Source: a virus. From it: DNA of 64,000 bases. Below, one piece after another: positions 8,571 to 18,314 of this stretch (position 1 is its first letter; every line of letters starts with the position of its first letter). Under the pieces are notes generated by a model that made no database searches, was not told the origin of the DNA, and worked only from the letters and a program-made list of their open reading frames with translations. The position numbers were made by a program, and so were the translations under genes. The stretch covers positions 96,001 through 160,000 of the IMG/VR virus record IMGVR_UViG_3300019850_000189; one strand, 5' to 3'.

Positions 8571-9136
8571 AGGTAAAAGATTTCATAGCTATGCTCCAGA
8601 AAGAGAACCTTGAGGATCACGTCAGGGTTCCCGGTGGGGCTGTGCTTTTTGCCGAGTCGAAGCCAGGATATTGGGATGGCGCTTACAGCTATCGCGATGG
8701 CGAGAATTTTGTTATCTCCACACGTGGGTCAAAGGTTGATATTATTACTCAAGATGCTGATGATTTTATTTGGGAAAATGATGGCGATTATTCAAAGATT
8801 ATTTTGGATTTTCATGGTTATAGCGGAGAAACATTAAAACGTCACATAAAGAAATATAAGGATAAATTTGAAGAAACAGCTCAGCAAGTTAAGCAATTTC
8901 ATCAGCGTTCTTTAGAATCACATTTCTATGCTGTGGCAAAGAAGCTGAAAGAAGGTTGGAAAATCCGTGAGGATAAGAATGAAAAATCACGGTCAAAAAT
9001 GACTATGTCTTATGTTAAAGATGGAAAGAAAGACAAAAGAATGTGTATGGGTGATTGCCAAACTGTGCACAAAAGTGGCTTATTTGTGTCTTATGATGAA
9101 GGTAAAAGATACAGGTATTGGAAAATAGCCGCATAA
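8567..9136 (+). CDS. hypothetical protein
   Basis: ATGA overlap with the upstream stop codon. Confidence 0.7.
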   Translation: MKVKDFIAMLQKENLEDHVRVPGGAVLFAESKPGYWDGAYSYRDGENFVISTRGSKVDIITQDADDFIWENDGDYSKIILDFHGYSGETLKRHIKKYKDKFEETAQQVKQFHQRSLESHFYAVAKKLKEGWKIREDKNEKSRSKMTMSYVKDGKKDKRMCMGDCQTVHKSGLFVSYDEGKRYRYWKIAA

Positions 9137-9148
9137 AGCGCGCTGTGT

Positions 9149-9220
9149 GTGCCCGTAGCTCAGTTGGTGTAGCTGGAGGCTCTAACCCTTCGTGTGTGGG
9201 TTCGAATCCCACCGGGCACT
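9149..9220 (+). tRNA. amber suppressor tRNA (anticodon CTA)
   Basis: Acceptor GTGCCCG/CGGGCAC; anticodon arm GGAGG-CT CTA AC-CCTTC; T arm GTGGG-TTCGAAT-CCCAC; U73. Confidence 0.88.
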
Positions 9221-9229
9221 AATATTCAC

Positions 9230-9258
9230 TTTACAATATGTAAGATATATATTATAAT
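9230..9258 (+). promoter_or_regulatory. sigma70-type promoter
   Basis: TTTACA-17 nt-TATAAT upstream of ORF 9277. Confidence 0.8.
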
Positions 9259-9276
9259 AAGAGTAGGAGAAAACAG

Positions 9277-9687
9277 ATGGGCAACTGGTCAACTTTCATT
9301 ATTAATAGTTATGGCAAGGTTACCGATAAAATCAAATTTAAAAACATGCGCGTAGAGTTTAATAGGGGACATCTTGTTTTTCATGAGAATAGCATAAAGA
9401 GAACTAATTTGGCTGTGAATGAAGGTATGCTATCTTACAGGGATTTGATTATATTAGTCAGAAGATATGGACAATGTTCCTTCTTTACTCTATGGAGCAA
9501 TAATAGAGGCGTTGTTGGCATCAATCGTCGCAATATAGATGATGATATACGTAAAAAAGATATATCGCAGCTCAAAAAGTTCCTTAATACTTACAAGGAT
9601 AACATTCCTGAAAATTTGTCTGAAATAGATGTGGTCGGGGTATATAAGGCTTATATTAAAAGGAAAAAAAGTGCAGATAATAGATAA
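9277..9687 (+). CDS. hypothetical protein
   Basis: Promoter and AGGAG RBS upstream. Confidence 0.7.
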   Translation: MGNWSTFIINSYGKVTDKIKFKNMRVEFNRGHLVFHENSIKRTNLAVNEGMLSYRDLIILVRRYGQCSFFTLWSNNRGVVGINRRNIDDDIRKKDISQLKKFLNTYKDNIPENLSEIDVVGVYKAYIKRKKSADNR

Positions 9688-9990
9688 AATCGTTGACAGA
9701 ATGTGGGATTATATTGTGTCGCGTCCTATGGAGCGCAGCTTAAAATATATGGATGAACACCGCGGTGGGAAACAGAATCTAAAAGTTCAATCTAATTGTG
9801 ATAAATTGGCTTCCATGGGACTGGGTATGGATACATATATTGGGCTTCAGGCTAAAGCCCAGGCTAAAGCCGAATCAATTATAGGCAATATGAGCAATAG
9901 TAAGCTATTTAAATTTTACTTTACTTTATTTTTTCATTTTTATAGGATTCTAGCCTGGTTCAAGAGACCATTCTTTCTGTTTGAGATATT

Positions 9991-10377
9991 TTAAGCCTCT
10001 TGGTAAAATGGCCTTGATTTCCTCTTAGCAGCACCTTTCATTTTTAAACCTATTTCTCTTTTCTGTCGGTTCATTTCTTTTTCATATTCCACCTTTCCCA
10101 TGTAGCTGGAAAATGTTCTGTCGGCAGCTGCCTGTATTTTTTGAGCAGATGGATCATCCTCACTCATACCGGCATTTGTCAGCCTTGATATAACTTGATT
10201 ACCAGAAAGTGGTTTCCCAGTTGCATCATCTCTAACAACTCCTATAAGTCTGACAAGAGCGTCTATACCGACTGGAATTCTTTTGGATTTCCATAGAGAA
10301 ACAACTTGACTTATTTTAGATTCATTAAGTCTCACAATTTCAGAGACTATTTCATTTAATTTCATATTTTTATCCAT
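9991..10377 (-). CDS. hypothetical protein, possible capsid-internal protein
   Basis: MKLNEIVSE N-terminal motif after an internal Met. Confidence 0.6.
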   Translation of the reverse strand: MDKNMKLNEIVSEIVRLNESKISQVVSLWKSKRIPVGIDALVRLIGVVRDDATGKPLSGNQVISRLTNAGMSEDDPSAQKIQAAADRTFSSYMGKVEYEKEMNRQKREIGLKMKGAAKRKSRPFYQEA

Positions 10378-10727
10378 CCCTTGAAGACTTCAATTATAGC
10401 ATTTTGTTTATTGTATGATGTCACGCCATTTTCACCTATAAAAACCCAGTCGCTTCTATCAATTAAATTGCGCATCAAATAGAAATTAGGACCTTTCGGA
10501 TGTTTGAACTGCATAATCTTTTCATAAGGAAATTCATGCCTGGGCAGTTTATTTTTTGCTTCTTCGGAATATCTCTCTATATCAACACGAAGATCTTTTG
10601 GCACCTTTTGCCATTTTTCATGAGGAATGTAATATGTCTCTTCTGGAACACCCAAGAAGATTGTGTCATATACCCAGTCATCATTTACTATTTGATATAT
10701 TTGTGGTCCTGTTTTATTTGATTTCAT
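10362..10727 (-). CDS. hypothetical protein, paralog family A
   Basis: IY.I...Y..IF...F.H...L.D.S.WVF.G motif. Confidence 0.7.
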   Translation of the reverse strand: MKSNKTGPQIYQIVNDDWVYDTIFLGVPEETYYIPHEKWQKVPKDLRVDIERYSEEAKNKLPRHEFPYEKIMQFKHPKGPNFYLMRNLIDRSDWVFIGENGVTSYNKQNAIIEVFKGWIKI

Positions 10728-10763
10728 ATTTTATCCGCATCGACAATTCGCCACTTTTTTCGA

Positions 10764-10958
10764 TTATTCTATTTCCTTAATTATCTTAGTTTTGGCAGCA
10801 CTTTTGACGGCCTTTATTCCATTTAAACATGCTTGATACGAATTATATGATTCTCCAATAGCCACTATCTCATGATTAGTAGCCTTGAGGCGAAATCTCC
10901 ACTTTTTATTTTTATCTCGGATTATTTCGAAATAGCCTTTTCTTCTTCTAAGTTTCAT
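10764..10958 (-). CDS. YegP/DUF1508 family protein
   Basis: FEIIRDKNKKWRFRLKATNHEIVAIGESY...CLNGIKAVK. Confidence 0.85.
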   Translation of the reverse strand: MKLRRRKGYFEIIRDKNKKWRFRLKATNHEIVAIGESYNSYQACLNGIKAVKSAAKTKIIKEIE

Positions 10959-11302
10959 TTATATCCTCTTTTGAATGTATAAATCATAGCGTCTTTTTTA
11001 TTTTTCGTTGTCAAACCCTCAAAACCGATAAAAACCCATTCGGAAGGGTCTAATAACTCCTGTAAGAGCGCGATGTATACATCATACTTTTCTACACTCG
11101 AAGGGTGTTTGAATTTAGTCACTAATCTATAAGGTCTATATTTTTTCCCGTGTTTTCGAGCACAGCTTTTTGATGCTTGAGAGATTAATGTTTTAAGCGG
11201 CTCAGATAATTTGTCAACAATGTGCTTAAGGTAGTCCCCGCAGAAAATGTTGCTGTATGTAAATCCAGGTTTTTCTATATAATATATTTTATCATAGTCC
11301 AT
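10955..11302 (-). CDS. hypothetical protein, paralog family A
   Basis: LLDPSEWVFIG motif shared with neighbours. Confidence 0.7.
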   Translation of the reverse strand: MDYDKIYYIEKPGFTYSNIFCGDYLKHIVDKLSEPLKTLISQASKSCARKHGKKYRPYRLVTKFKHPSSVEKYDVYIALLQELLDPSEWVFIGFEGLTTKNKKDAMIYTFKRGYK

Positions 11303-11642
11303 GATGTCTGCCCTCTATCAGCTTTTGTATAGCATAAGGTTTTGTTACTGCTTTTACGCCACTTGCACCAACAAAAACCCAATCAGAGGCATCAAAGAGA
11401 CTTTGTAATAATATAACTTTTACAGATTCATGTTCCTTAAAGTGATTAAAACTAATTATTTTTACATAGGGAACATCCAGCGAGCCCATGCGGCTTTGGT
11501 CTGTTTTGCCGGCACGAATAATAGATGATTTAAGCTTCTCTGGAATTTTATCGAGGATGCTTTTAATGAGAGCAAGACTATGGAAAATTATATCGTAAGT
11601 ACTGCCAGTATTTGTTATAAAATATATTCTTTGCATTATCAA
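11292..11642 (-). CDS. hypothetical protein, paralog family A
   Basis: LFDASDWVFVG motif shared with neighbours. Confidence 0.7.
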   Translation of the reverse strand: MIMQRIYFITNTGSTYDIIFHSLALIKSILDKIPEKLKSSIIRAGKTDQSRMGSLDVPYVKIISFNHFKEHESVKVILLQSLFDASDWVFVGASGVKAVTKPYAIQKLIEGRHHGL

Positions 11643-11744
11643 TTTATCTTTGGAATTACACCAATATATTTTAATGTTTGCGAAAGATAATGTAACGAAG
11701 TCATGGTCTCATAATTGATTTTTCGAAGGCGCGGGAGCAATTAA

Positions 11745-12044
11745 ATGGGGTTCGAAATTGGAGATTTACTTATTCAAGGGGATGAGAGTCGTCCACCAGG
11801 TTCTTCTAGAGCTATACTTTTTGTTATCCGTAAAGCAGGAAGATTTAAACCGTCTTTTTTGATACTTGGAAGGTTTATTTACGATCAATATCTTAAAAAA
11901 AGTGCTATAATTTACAAACGATATCAAGACCTTTATAATACCAATGATATAAAAAAGATAACTCCAGGTGAGAGGAAACTTATTTATAAGGCAATGTCCA
12001 AAAAACCGCAATTTAAAAGAAAAATTATAGATTTTCTATTTTAA
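11745..12044 (+). CDS. hypothetical protein, paralog of 7364..7696
   Basis: GDLLI...SAIIYKR...TPGE. Confidence 0.6.
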   Translation: MGFEIGDLLIQGDESRPPGSSRAILFVIRKAGRFKPSFLILGRFIYDQYLKKSAIIYKRYQDLYNTNDIKKITPGERKLIYKAMSKKPQFKRKIIDFLF

Positions 12045-12174
12045 GAGTAAGTAGTGAATAAGTGGATGGATGCTATGATATTATTTATTCCTGGTTTCCG
12101 AAAAAGCACAAAATGAGATTTTATAAAAGTATTTAATATTTATCTCAAAGATAAGACATAGATATATATCGTAG

Positions 12175-12519
12175 GGGGGTGAATTGGCTTCGACAGAGAG
12201 TAACTGACACTAAAATTTATGCCAAGGTTCGCCAGGCCTTGTAAAACAGGGCGACTTATTAAAATAAATGCTGATGAAAATTTAGCACTTGCCGCTTAAT
12301 TAGCGGCTGTTCTTCTATTATTTGTTTTTGGTAGTAGAAAGAGCATCAGAAACAAAAACTCGTCAACTTACTCAAACTTGTAGGTAAGATGATTAAATTA
12401 TCCAAGATATTCTTTCTTTGGTCGCTTGAGAACCAAGATAGAAGAAAATAATCTCAAGATAAGCATATAAAAAGTAGTGGATTTCTCTCTGGACTCCGGA
12501 TCGTTACCGGACACCTCCA
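12175..12519 (+). ncRNA. ssrA: tmRNA
   Basis: Acceptor GGGGGTG/CACCTCC with G3-U70; 5' GGCTTCGAC; tag ORF 12270-12299 ADENLALAA* with a stop-codon hairpin; 3' GGACTCCGG...CCGGA T arm. Confidence 0.93.
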
Positions 12520-12583
12520 TATTATTAACCATTATAGGAGAATATTATAAAGTGTATGCTTCAGCCTGTTCCCAGGGGTATTA

Positions 12584-12889
12584 ATGCCATTAAAAAAAGA
12601 TTATTCAAAACCTAAAGTAGGTGATGTTCGATATTATATTTTTGGAAATCCCGATCCGTTTCAAATGACAATGATGGTTGTAGATGTGGTGGATGTAATA
12701 AGAAGTCCAGCTTATTTTAGAATGGTCGATGTTGAAGTAAAAAATGTGATAATAGACGACAACCCAATAGAAATACGAGAGCCGGGTTCTACCTTTGAGG
12801 CTCCGCGGGAATATTTGGTAGATACACTACAAAATGCCAAGCGTCGACTTATACAAATGACTTTGGCCACGAGACAATATAAAAAGTAA
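12584..12889 (+). CDS. hypothetical protein (KOW/SH3-like N-terminus)
   Basis: PKVGDVRYYIF. Confidence 0.55.
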   Translation: MPLKKDYSKPKVGDVRYYIFGNPDPFQMTMMVVDVVDVIRSPAYFRMVDVEVKNVIIDDNPIEIREPGSTFEAPREYLVDTLQNAKRRLIQMTLATRQYKK

Positions 12890-12912
12890 AAAAATAAAAG
12901 AAGGAGAATAAT

Positions 12913-13137
12913 ATGAAACTAGACGAATTATTAAAAAAACTAGCCGAAGGATTTAATCAACGAGGAGTAAGAGATGGCACCGGGCCCTTTAAAGGCAGTG
13001 CTATGGCATCTTCTGGGAGAGTAGGTCCAAGAACGGGAAGACAACTTGGCGATTGCCCAATACGAAATGATTTTAAGAGTGATGAGGAATACAATAAGGC
13101 CCTTACTAAATGGAAGAAAACGCAAAAACAATCTTAA
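12913..13137 (+). CDS. DUF5320-like small Gly-rich protein
   Basis: RDGTGP...GPRTGRQLGDCP. Confidence 0.55.
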   Translation: MKLDELLKKLAEGFNQRGVRDGTGPFKGSAMASSGRVGPRTGRQLGDCPIRNDFKSDEEYNKALTKWKKTQKQS

Positions 13138-13826
13138 TATTTTTCGTAATCTCCATCGATTTCCTTAGGCCCAGGAGTTACTGCTATTTCGATATCAGAT
13201 AGTTCAAATGGTGATGTCAATAAGTCAAGTTTATCCATATACTTATCCGATTCTTCAACATCAAATTCGAAAATCGCATCTAGAATTTCACTTACGATTT
13301 CTTTCGCATAATCATCAAAAGTATATGGGTAACTATCTATAATACGCTCGAGAGTTCGAGACCATACATCCATTAGGCTCTGAATCTCTTTATTGTTTTT
13401 GGATACTATTGGTTTTATAAAATCTATACAATCCTTGATTGCTTCCAATTCATCTTTACTGATCTCATTGAAGTTTTTATTAAGACCAAAATCATATCTA
13501 TCATATAATGTTCCCTCGCGCAGGATGTAATTGGTTTGATCGAAAAATTCTTTGAGACTTTTGCCTCCCTTTCTATTTTTCTCTGCTTCTGCCTTTTCCT
13601 TTTTTATGCTCTTTGCCATCGCAAAAACATCCTTGACGGATTTCTTCAACTTTTTAGCCCGTTCAATCTTGACAGCCGCTTTTCTGAGAGCATCAATCAC
13701 TTCATCCCTCATAGTTTGCCATAATCTTCGCTGTTTAAGGGCACCGAGCTGGTCATTTTCCAGTGTGTCAATTTTGTCAATTGGATCGTCTTTAATTGGT
13801 TCAGATTTTATTTTGGATAAGTCCAT
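13134..13826 (-). CDS. hypothetical protein
   Basis: Long ORF with GAGG RBS. Confidence 0.7.
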   Translation of the reverse strand: MDLSKIKSEPIKDDPIDKIDTLENDQLGALKQRRLWQTMRDEVIDALRKAAVKIERAKKLKKSVKDVFAMAKSIKKEKAEAEKNRKGGKSLKEFFDQTNYILREGTLYDRYDFGLNKNFNEISKDELEAIKDCIDFIKPIVSKNNKEIQSLMDVWSRTLERIIDSYPYTFDDYAKEIVSEILDAIFEFDVEESDKYMDKLDLLTSPFELSDIEIAVTPGPKEIDGDYEKY

Positions 13827-13892
13827 TTATTCTTCCTCACTTAAATCTATTTAGTATTATCTTTTTTAATAAGTGGTCTTTGGTGACAATAT

Positions 13893-14459
13893 TCACTGGA
13901 TACTTCGCAATTTGTCTAGTATGCCCTTATATCTTTGTAAGCAAGCTATGAAAGGTTCTACTGCGGATGGCTTTCTTATTAGGTAAGATGGGTGATATAG
14001 TGGCAGCCACAGAAACCAAAGACCGCACCATTTTGCTTCTTGCATTTTGTATATATTATAAGATTGATTAACTATTCTTGATAACCAATCCGATGGAACA
14101 CGGCCAGCTGTTAATACTAGTTTTGGTTTAATTATAAAAAATGTTGCTTCAAGGTGTGGAAAACAAGCTTCCTGCTCCTGTGGCTTTGGATTTCGGTTAT
14201 CGGGCGGCCGGCACAAAACCGTATTGGATACCCATGTATCTTTTTCTAGGTCTAAATAATCAGATAATATATCCCGTAATTTCTTGCCGGACCTTCCAAC
14301 GAATGGCTTGCCTGACATTGACTCATCTTTTCCAGGAGCCTCCCCCATCAATATTATTTTGCTTGCTGGGTTACCAGTTCCCCATACGATCTTACCATGA
14401 TTTTCTTCTCTATATTTGCCAAGATCACATTTCATACAATTTGTCATTTTTCTAACCAA
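13893..14459 (-). CDS. uracil-DNA glycosylase family 4
   Basis: GEAPGKDE, PFVGRSG, NTVLCRPPDNR, YHPSY; Fe-S-type Cys residues. Confidence 0.93.
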   Translation of the reverse strand: MVRKMTNCMKCDLGKYREENHGKIVWGTGNPASKIILMGEAPGKDESMSGKPFVGRSGKKLRDILSDYLDLEKDTWVSNTVLCRPPDNRNPKPQEQEACFPHLEATFFIIKPKLVLTAGRVPSDWLSRIVNQSYNIYKMQEAKWCGLWFLWLPLYHPSYLIRKPSAVEPFIACLQRYKGILDKLRSIQ

Positions 14460-14671
14460 ACACCAGCTTGACTATTCTTTTAGCCAGGCCATTGCTTACC
14501 TCCCATTCCAAACTGTCACGATCTTGTAATAAAGCTATAGCGAATTCCCTTTTAAAATCTAGATTATCATGGATCAAACAGGAGATATTTGCAACATAAG
14601 CAAATTCAAAATTAGGATCTTTTTCAAATGCCTCACGAATAGTTGCTCTCGCTTTTTTAATTTCGTTCATA

Positions 14672-14971
14672 TCATTCACTTGTTATTGGATTTGCTTTTT
14701 TTTCATTATTTCTATACCAACTTAGTGCAATAATTCCGAGAACAATTATATCTTTCATTGTGTCCTCTAGTGTTTCATCTGAAACATGTATCTTTTTATT
14801 TTCCCAGACATTGAAAAGCCTGACTGCTTTATCAACCAATCTGGTAGATATGCCGGTTAGACCTGTAATTCTGAAATTCAAATATGGATCTTCTTCCGAA
14901 GCATAATCTGAGGATTTAATTTTGTGTAGTTCGCGGCATTCTTTAACAATATCATCAAAGTCTTTTATCAA
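14672..14971 (-). CDS. DUF1599 / nucleotide-modification-associated helical domain protein
   Basis: K..DY...N....R..DK..RL...ETLEDT..DI pattern. Confidence 0.7.
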   Translation of the reverse strand: MIKDFDDIVKECRELHKIKSSDYASEEDPYLNFRITGLTGISTRLVDKAVRLFNVWENKKIHVSDETLEDTMKDIIVLGIIALSWYRNNEKKANPITSE

Positions 14972-15017
14972 TTTTATCTCCTGTGGATATATTGTCTATA
15001 TATGTATTGGTAGGGCA

Positions 15018-15821
15018 TTATTGGATTGTGAATTCCGGCACCAATTCATTGATTTTATCTATTAATTCATCATAATCAGCTTCTGGATTTTCCTTGAAAG
15101 CTTTATTTAAAGCATTCTCAACTTCGGGCTTTAATGGACCGGCTTTGAAAGGGGCCTCGAGCCCGGTGAGGAGTTCTTTTTGGACTTCTTTATAAGCTTG
15201 TGTTTTCTTTACAGGCTTACTGGTTGTCGCCGGTAGCTGCTTTGGCGCTTCTTCTTTTGCTTTTTTAACTTCCTTTTCTATCTTTTTTTCAACTTCCTTT
15301 TTTACTTCCCCTGGCTCTTCTTTTACTTTGCTATCTATATAAGATTTTAAGTTCGCGGTTATCTCTTTTTGCATTTTATTCAAGAATCGTTCCAGATCAC
15401 CTTTTGTTGCCGGCGAAGACTTACGCGCGGTCATTGGATGGTATTTTCGTCTTAGTTTAGCGGTAGATATTATATTATTCTCTTCTGGTTCAGGCTCTTC
15501 GGCCGAAGTTTCCGGTTTCGGAACCGGATTAATGTGTTCTTTATATTTTTCCAAAGTTTGGGTAACGTTGTTTTTTTTATCTTCGAGGTCAGAAATAGCT
15601 GAATCTAGACCTGCTATCTGACCAATCAGTTTAGCCGCTTTCTTAGATTTTGCTGACGAAAGTTGCCGTTTAAGGCGAGCTCTCTCGCTCTTCATCTTAT
15701 TAATTGACTTGTTATATTTATTTATTTTATTATAGAGTTCGACAGTTCGTTTGCTCAATGCTTTTTTAATCTGCCTGGACTCATGCTCGATCGATGCCTC
15801 AACTATATCAGAAAACTTCAT
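15018..15821 (-). CDS. coiled-coil protein, possible virion-internal protein
   Basis: MKFSDIVE N-terminus; extended heptad region. Confidence 0.7.
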   Translation of the reverse strand: MKFSDIVEASIEHESRQIKKALSKRTVELYNKINKYNKSINKMKSERARLKRQLSSAKSKKAAKLIGQIAGLDSAISDLEDKKNNVTQTLEKYKEHINPVPKPETSAEEPEPEENNIISTAKLRRKYHPMTARKSSPATKGDLERFLNKMQKEITANLKSYIDSKVKEEPGEVKKEVEKKIEKEVKKAKEEAPKQLPATTSKPVKKTQAYKEVQKELLTGLEAPFKAGPLKPEVENALNKAFKENPEADYDELIDKINELVPEFTIQ

Positions 15822-16117
15822 TATAATTCTGCTCCGACCTGAGATTTGATAAATTTAGTAACTTCTTTCGATACAATTTCCTTTATTTGTTTTATCTGAT
15901 CGGCGGTAAATGCTGCCACAGCTTCTTTTTTAGGTTTTGGTGCTGGCGGCGCCGGTGGGACTTCCGCGACTTTACGAGTTGGAGCCTGTGCCGGAGTTGG
16001 AGCCTGTGCCGGAGCTTGCGCCGGAGATGTTGTAGCTTGGGTGCCTGGTGCTCCTCCGAATCCTGTTTGTTGAGTTGGTTGTTCTGATATTATATTCAAA
16101 AATTTGCTTATTTTCAC
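15821..16117 (-). CDS. Pro/Ala/Gln-rich small protein
   Basis: APAQAPT repeats; MKISKFLNIISE N-terminus. Confidence 0.7.
   Translation of the reverse strand: MKISKFLNIISEQPTQQTGFGGAPGTQATTSPAQAPAQAPTPAQAPTRKVAEVPPAPPAPKPKKEAVAAFTADQIKQIKEIVSKEVTKFIKSQVGAEL
15977..16012. repeat. 18-bp tandem repeat x2 (coding PAQAPT)
   Basis: GAGTTGGAGCCTGTGCCG twice. Confidence 0.85.
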
Positions 16118-16120
16118 TGT

Positions 16121-16600
16121 CTAAACCCCCATTTGTTGAATCATACGAAGCATCAATGATCTTGCTTTCTGATCGCCTTGATTTGCTCTCGAGACTATAC
16201 TTGACGTTCCTTTCTGAAATTTAGCCGCAACCGCTGGAGAAACAGGTTGCGCTTTTTTAGGTGCTTGTGCCGGTGCTTGTGCCGGTGCTTGTGCCGGTGC
16301 TTGACCAGTTGCAGCCGCCGCTTGGCCTACCGGTTGCTCTGCAGGTTCTGCTTTATATTGTTGAGCCGCATTTTGTCTTTGTTGCAACAACGCGTTGCGT
16401 TGAGACATTAATCCGGCACGCTTTTTACCTTCCGGCGTAGTTCTTAATTGGGTATCCAATTTTTGTATCTGTTTATCTATAGAACTTATTGCCTGGCCTT
16501 GCTCGCCTAATTCCTGCCTGTTCATACCATATGTATCATATAAACCTTCAGTATAAACATCCTCAATTATTTCATTGATTACATCTAATTCGTATCCCAT
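16121..16600 (-). CDS. Gln/Ala/Pro-rich coiled-coil protein
   Basis: (APAQ)n linker. Confidence 0.7.
   Translation of the reverse strand: MGYELDVINEIIEDVYTEGLYDTYGMNRQELGEQGQAISSIDKQIQKLDTQLRTTPEGKKRAGLMSQRNALLQQRQNAAQQYKAEPAEQPVGQAAAATGQAPAQAPAQAPAQAPKKAQPVSPAVAAKFQKGTSSIVSRANQGDQKARSLMLRMIQQMGV
16261..16303. repeat. 12-bp tandem repeat x3.6 (coding APAQ)
   Basis: GTGCTTGTGCCG repeated. Confidence 0.9.
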
Positions 16601-16835
16601 TTTTTTATCCTGTAGAAATTGATGTTGGTGGAGAAGATTGAATTTTGCCCATTTCAGCTTTTGGTGTCTTATCTGGGTCTAAAGCAAACATAGTTACGCC
16701 TTTTTCTTTATCTGAATCTTTTTCCTTCTTTTTGTTTAACTGCTTTAACAACTTCTCTAAATCCATAATTATCTCCATTGTTTTCTATTATCTTTATGGA
16801 AACATATATAATGATGTATAGTAATGTGACAAATC

Positions 16836-18134
16836 GTGAGGCACGCATTGAAACAATCCCCAGAATTCAGTTACGAGTTAGAACTTGAAATATTAAACTA
16901 TTCATTACATGATCGATCTTTTTGGCTTTTGATGGTGAATTCTTTACAACCGCATTATTTTGATAACCGCATAACAAAATCTATTTTCGTTGCTTTTCGT
17001 GTATCTTTTGAGAAGTATAATAAACTGCCGGGCCGCTCAGTTCTTCATGACCGCCTAAAGAAGCTTGGTTTGGATGATAGTCTACAGCAAAAAGCTTTTG
17101 ATGTTGTTTATGATACTGATATGTCTCAAAAGGATAAACAATACCTGTTAGATGAAGTAAAAAGCTTTGCTAAAAAAGCCAGGATGCGCGATGCGCTTTA
17201 TAAATCAGTTGATTTACTTCAAAAGGATCAATTTGATGAAATAAGCGAATTGGTTAAGGACGCTTTGTTATTCAATGTAGATATAAATTTGGGCATTGAT
17301 ATATGGAAAATAGATGAACGATATGAAAAAATAAATCAATTACATCTAGATAAGGTCACCACAGGCTGGAGCCTTTTGGATAAAATTCTGGGAGGAGGTG
17401 TGGAGAAAAAGGGTTTATTTTGTTTTGGTGCTCCTGCCGGAATCGGCAAATCTATTTTTCTTGTCAATATAGGCGCAAATGCTTTGCTTGCTAATTACAA
17501 TGTCGCTGTCTATACCCTTGAAATTTCTGAAGAGCGATTAAGTATGCGATATGATGCCTGCCTGAGTCGAATTCCTTCGCACGAATTAAGAAGTCAGATT
17601 CCCGAATTAAAGAATAAAATGAATGAAATAAAAGCTCGTACCAATGGTAAGCTGTTTATTAAAGAATTCGCAACAAAGCAGGCATCAGTAAATACTATTA
17701 GGGCGCATTTAGAAAAATTGATCGTTTATGAAGAATTTGTGCCTGATATAATAATAGTTGATTATGCAGATATACTCCGGCCATCACACAGATATGGTTC
17801 CAAATACGAAGAGCTTGGCAACATATATGAAGATCTGCGCGGTCTTGCTGTTGAGATGAAAGTTCCAATCGTAACAGCATCTCAGACAAATCGTGAATCA
17901 ATGAGCAAAGACGGCGGGACAAAAGAAATCATAAGCGGAGCCCTAATTGCTGACTCTATCATAAAGTTGCAGATATTAGATTTCTTTGCCACAATAAGCC
18001 AAAGTATTGGAGATAGAGGTCAAAACAAATTAAACTTATTCATCGCCAAAAATAGAAATGGTGAAGCCAGTAATACAATTGAATTCAGCATTGATTATGC
18101 CACATTTCGTTTAACACAATTGTTAAGCTCATAA
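16836..18134 (+). CDS. dnaB: replicative DNA helicase (DnaB / T4 gp41-like)
   Basis: Walker A GAPAGIGKS, Walker B IIIVDYAD, TASQTNR, KNRNG. Confidence 0.92.
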   Translation: MRHALKQSPEFSYELELEILNYSLHDRSFWLLMVNSLQPHYFDNRITKSIFVAFRVSFEKYNKLPGRSVLHDRLKKLGLDDSLQQKAFDVVYDTDMSQKDKQYLLDEVKSFAKKARMRDALYKSVDLLQKDQFDEISELVKDALLFNVDINLGIDIWKIDERYEKINQLHLDKVTTGWSLLDKILGGGVEKKGLFCFGAPAGIGKSIFLVNIGANALLANYNVAVYTLEISEERLSMRYDACLSRIPSHELRSQIPELKNKMNEIKARTNGKLFIKEFATKQASVNTIRAHLEKLIVYEEFVPDIIIVDYADILRPSHRYGSKYEELGNIYEDLRGLAVEMKVPIVTASQTNRESMSKDGGTKEIISGALIADSIIKLQILDFFATISQSIGDRGQNKLNLFIAKNRNGEASNTIEFSIDYATFRLTQLLSS

Positions 18135-18215
18135 AAAAAATTAAAAAACGTGACAAGATAATATCAAAAAGAATATTAAAAAAGATATTCCAAAAACTAG
18201 TAAGGCAAATATCAC

Positions 18216-18244
18216 TTTACAATTTCTTCGGACTGTGGTATAGT
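18216..18244 (+). promoter_or_regulatory. sigma70-type promoter
   Basis: TTTACA-17 nt-TATAGT, immediately upstream of a tRNA-like element. Confidence 0.75.
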
Positions 18245-18251
18245 ATAGTTA

Positions 18252-18314
18252 CGGCAATCTTGGAGATGTCCTGTAAAAAGGGATAGGTCATGGTTCGACT
18301 CCTGGCATTGCCGC
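18252..18314 (+). ncRNA. D-armless tRNA-like small RNA
   Basis: 7-bp stem CGGCAAT/ATTGCCG; central hairpin TGTCCT-GTAAAAA-GGGATA; T-loop GGTTCGACTCC. Confidence 0.5.
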
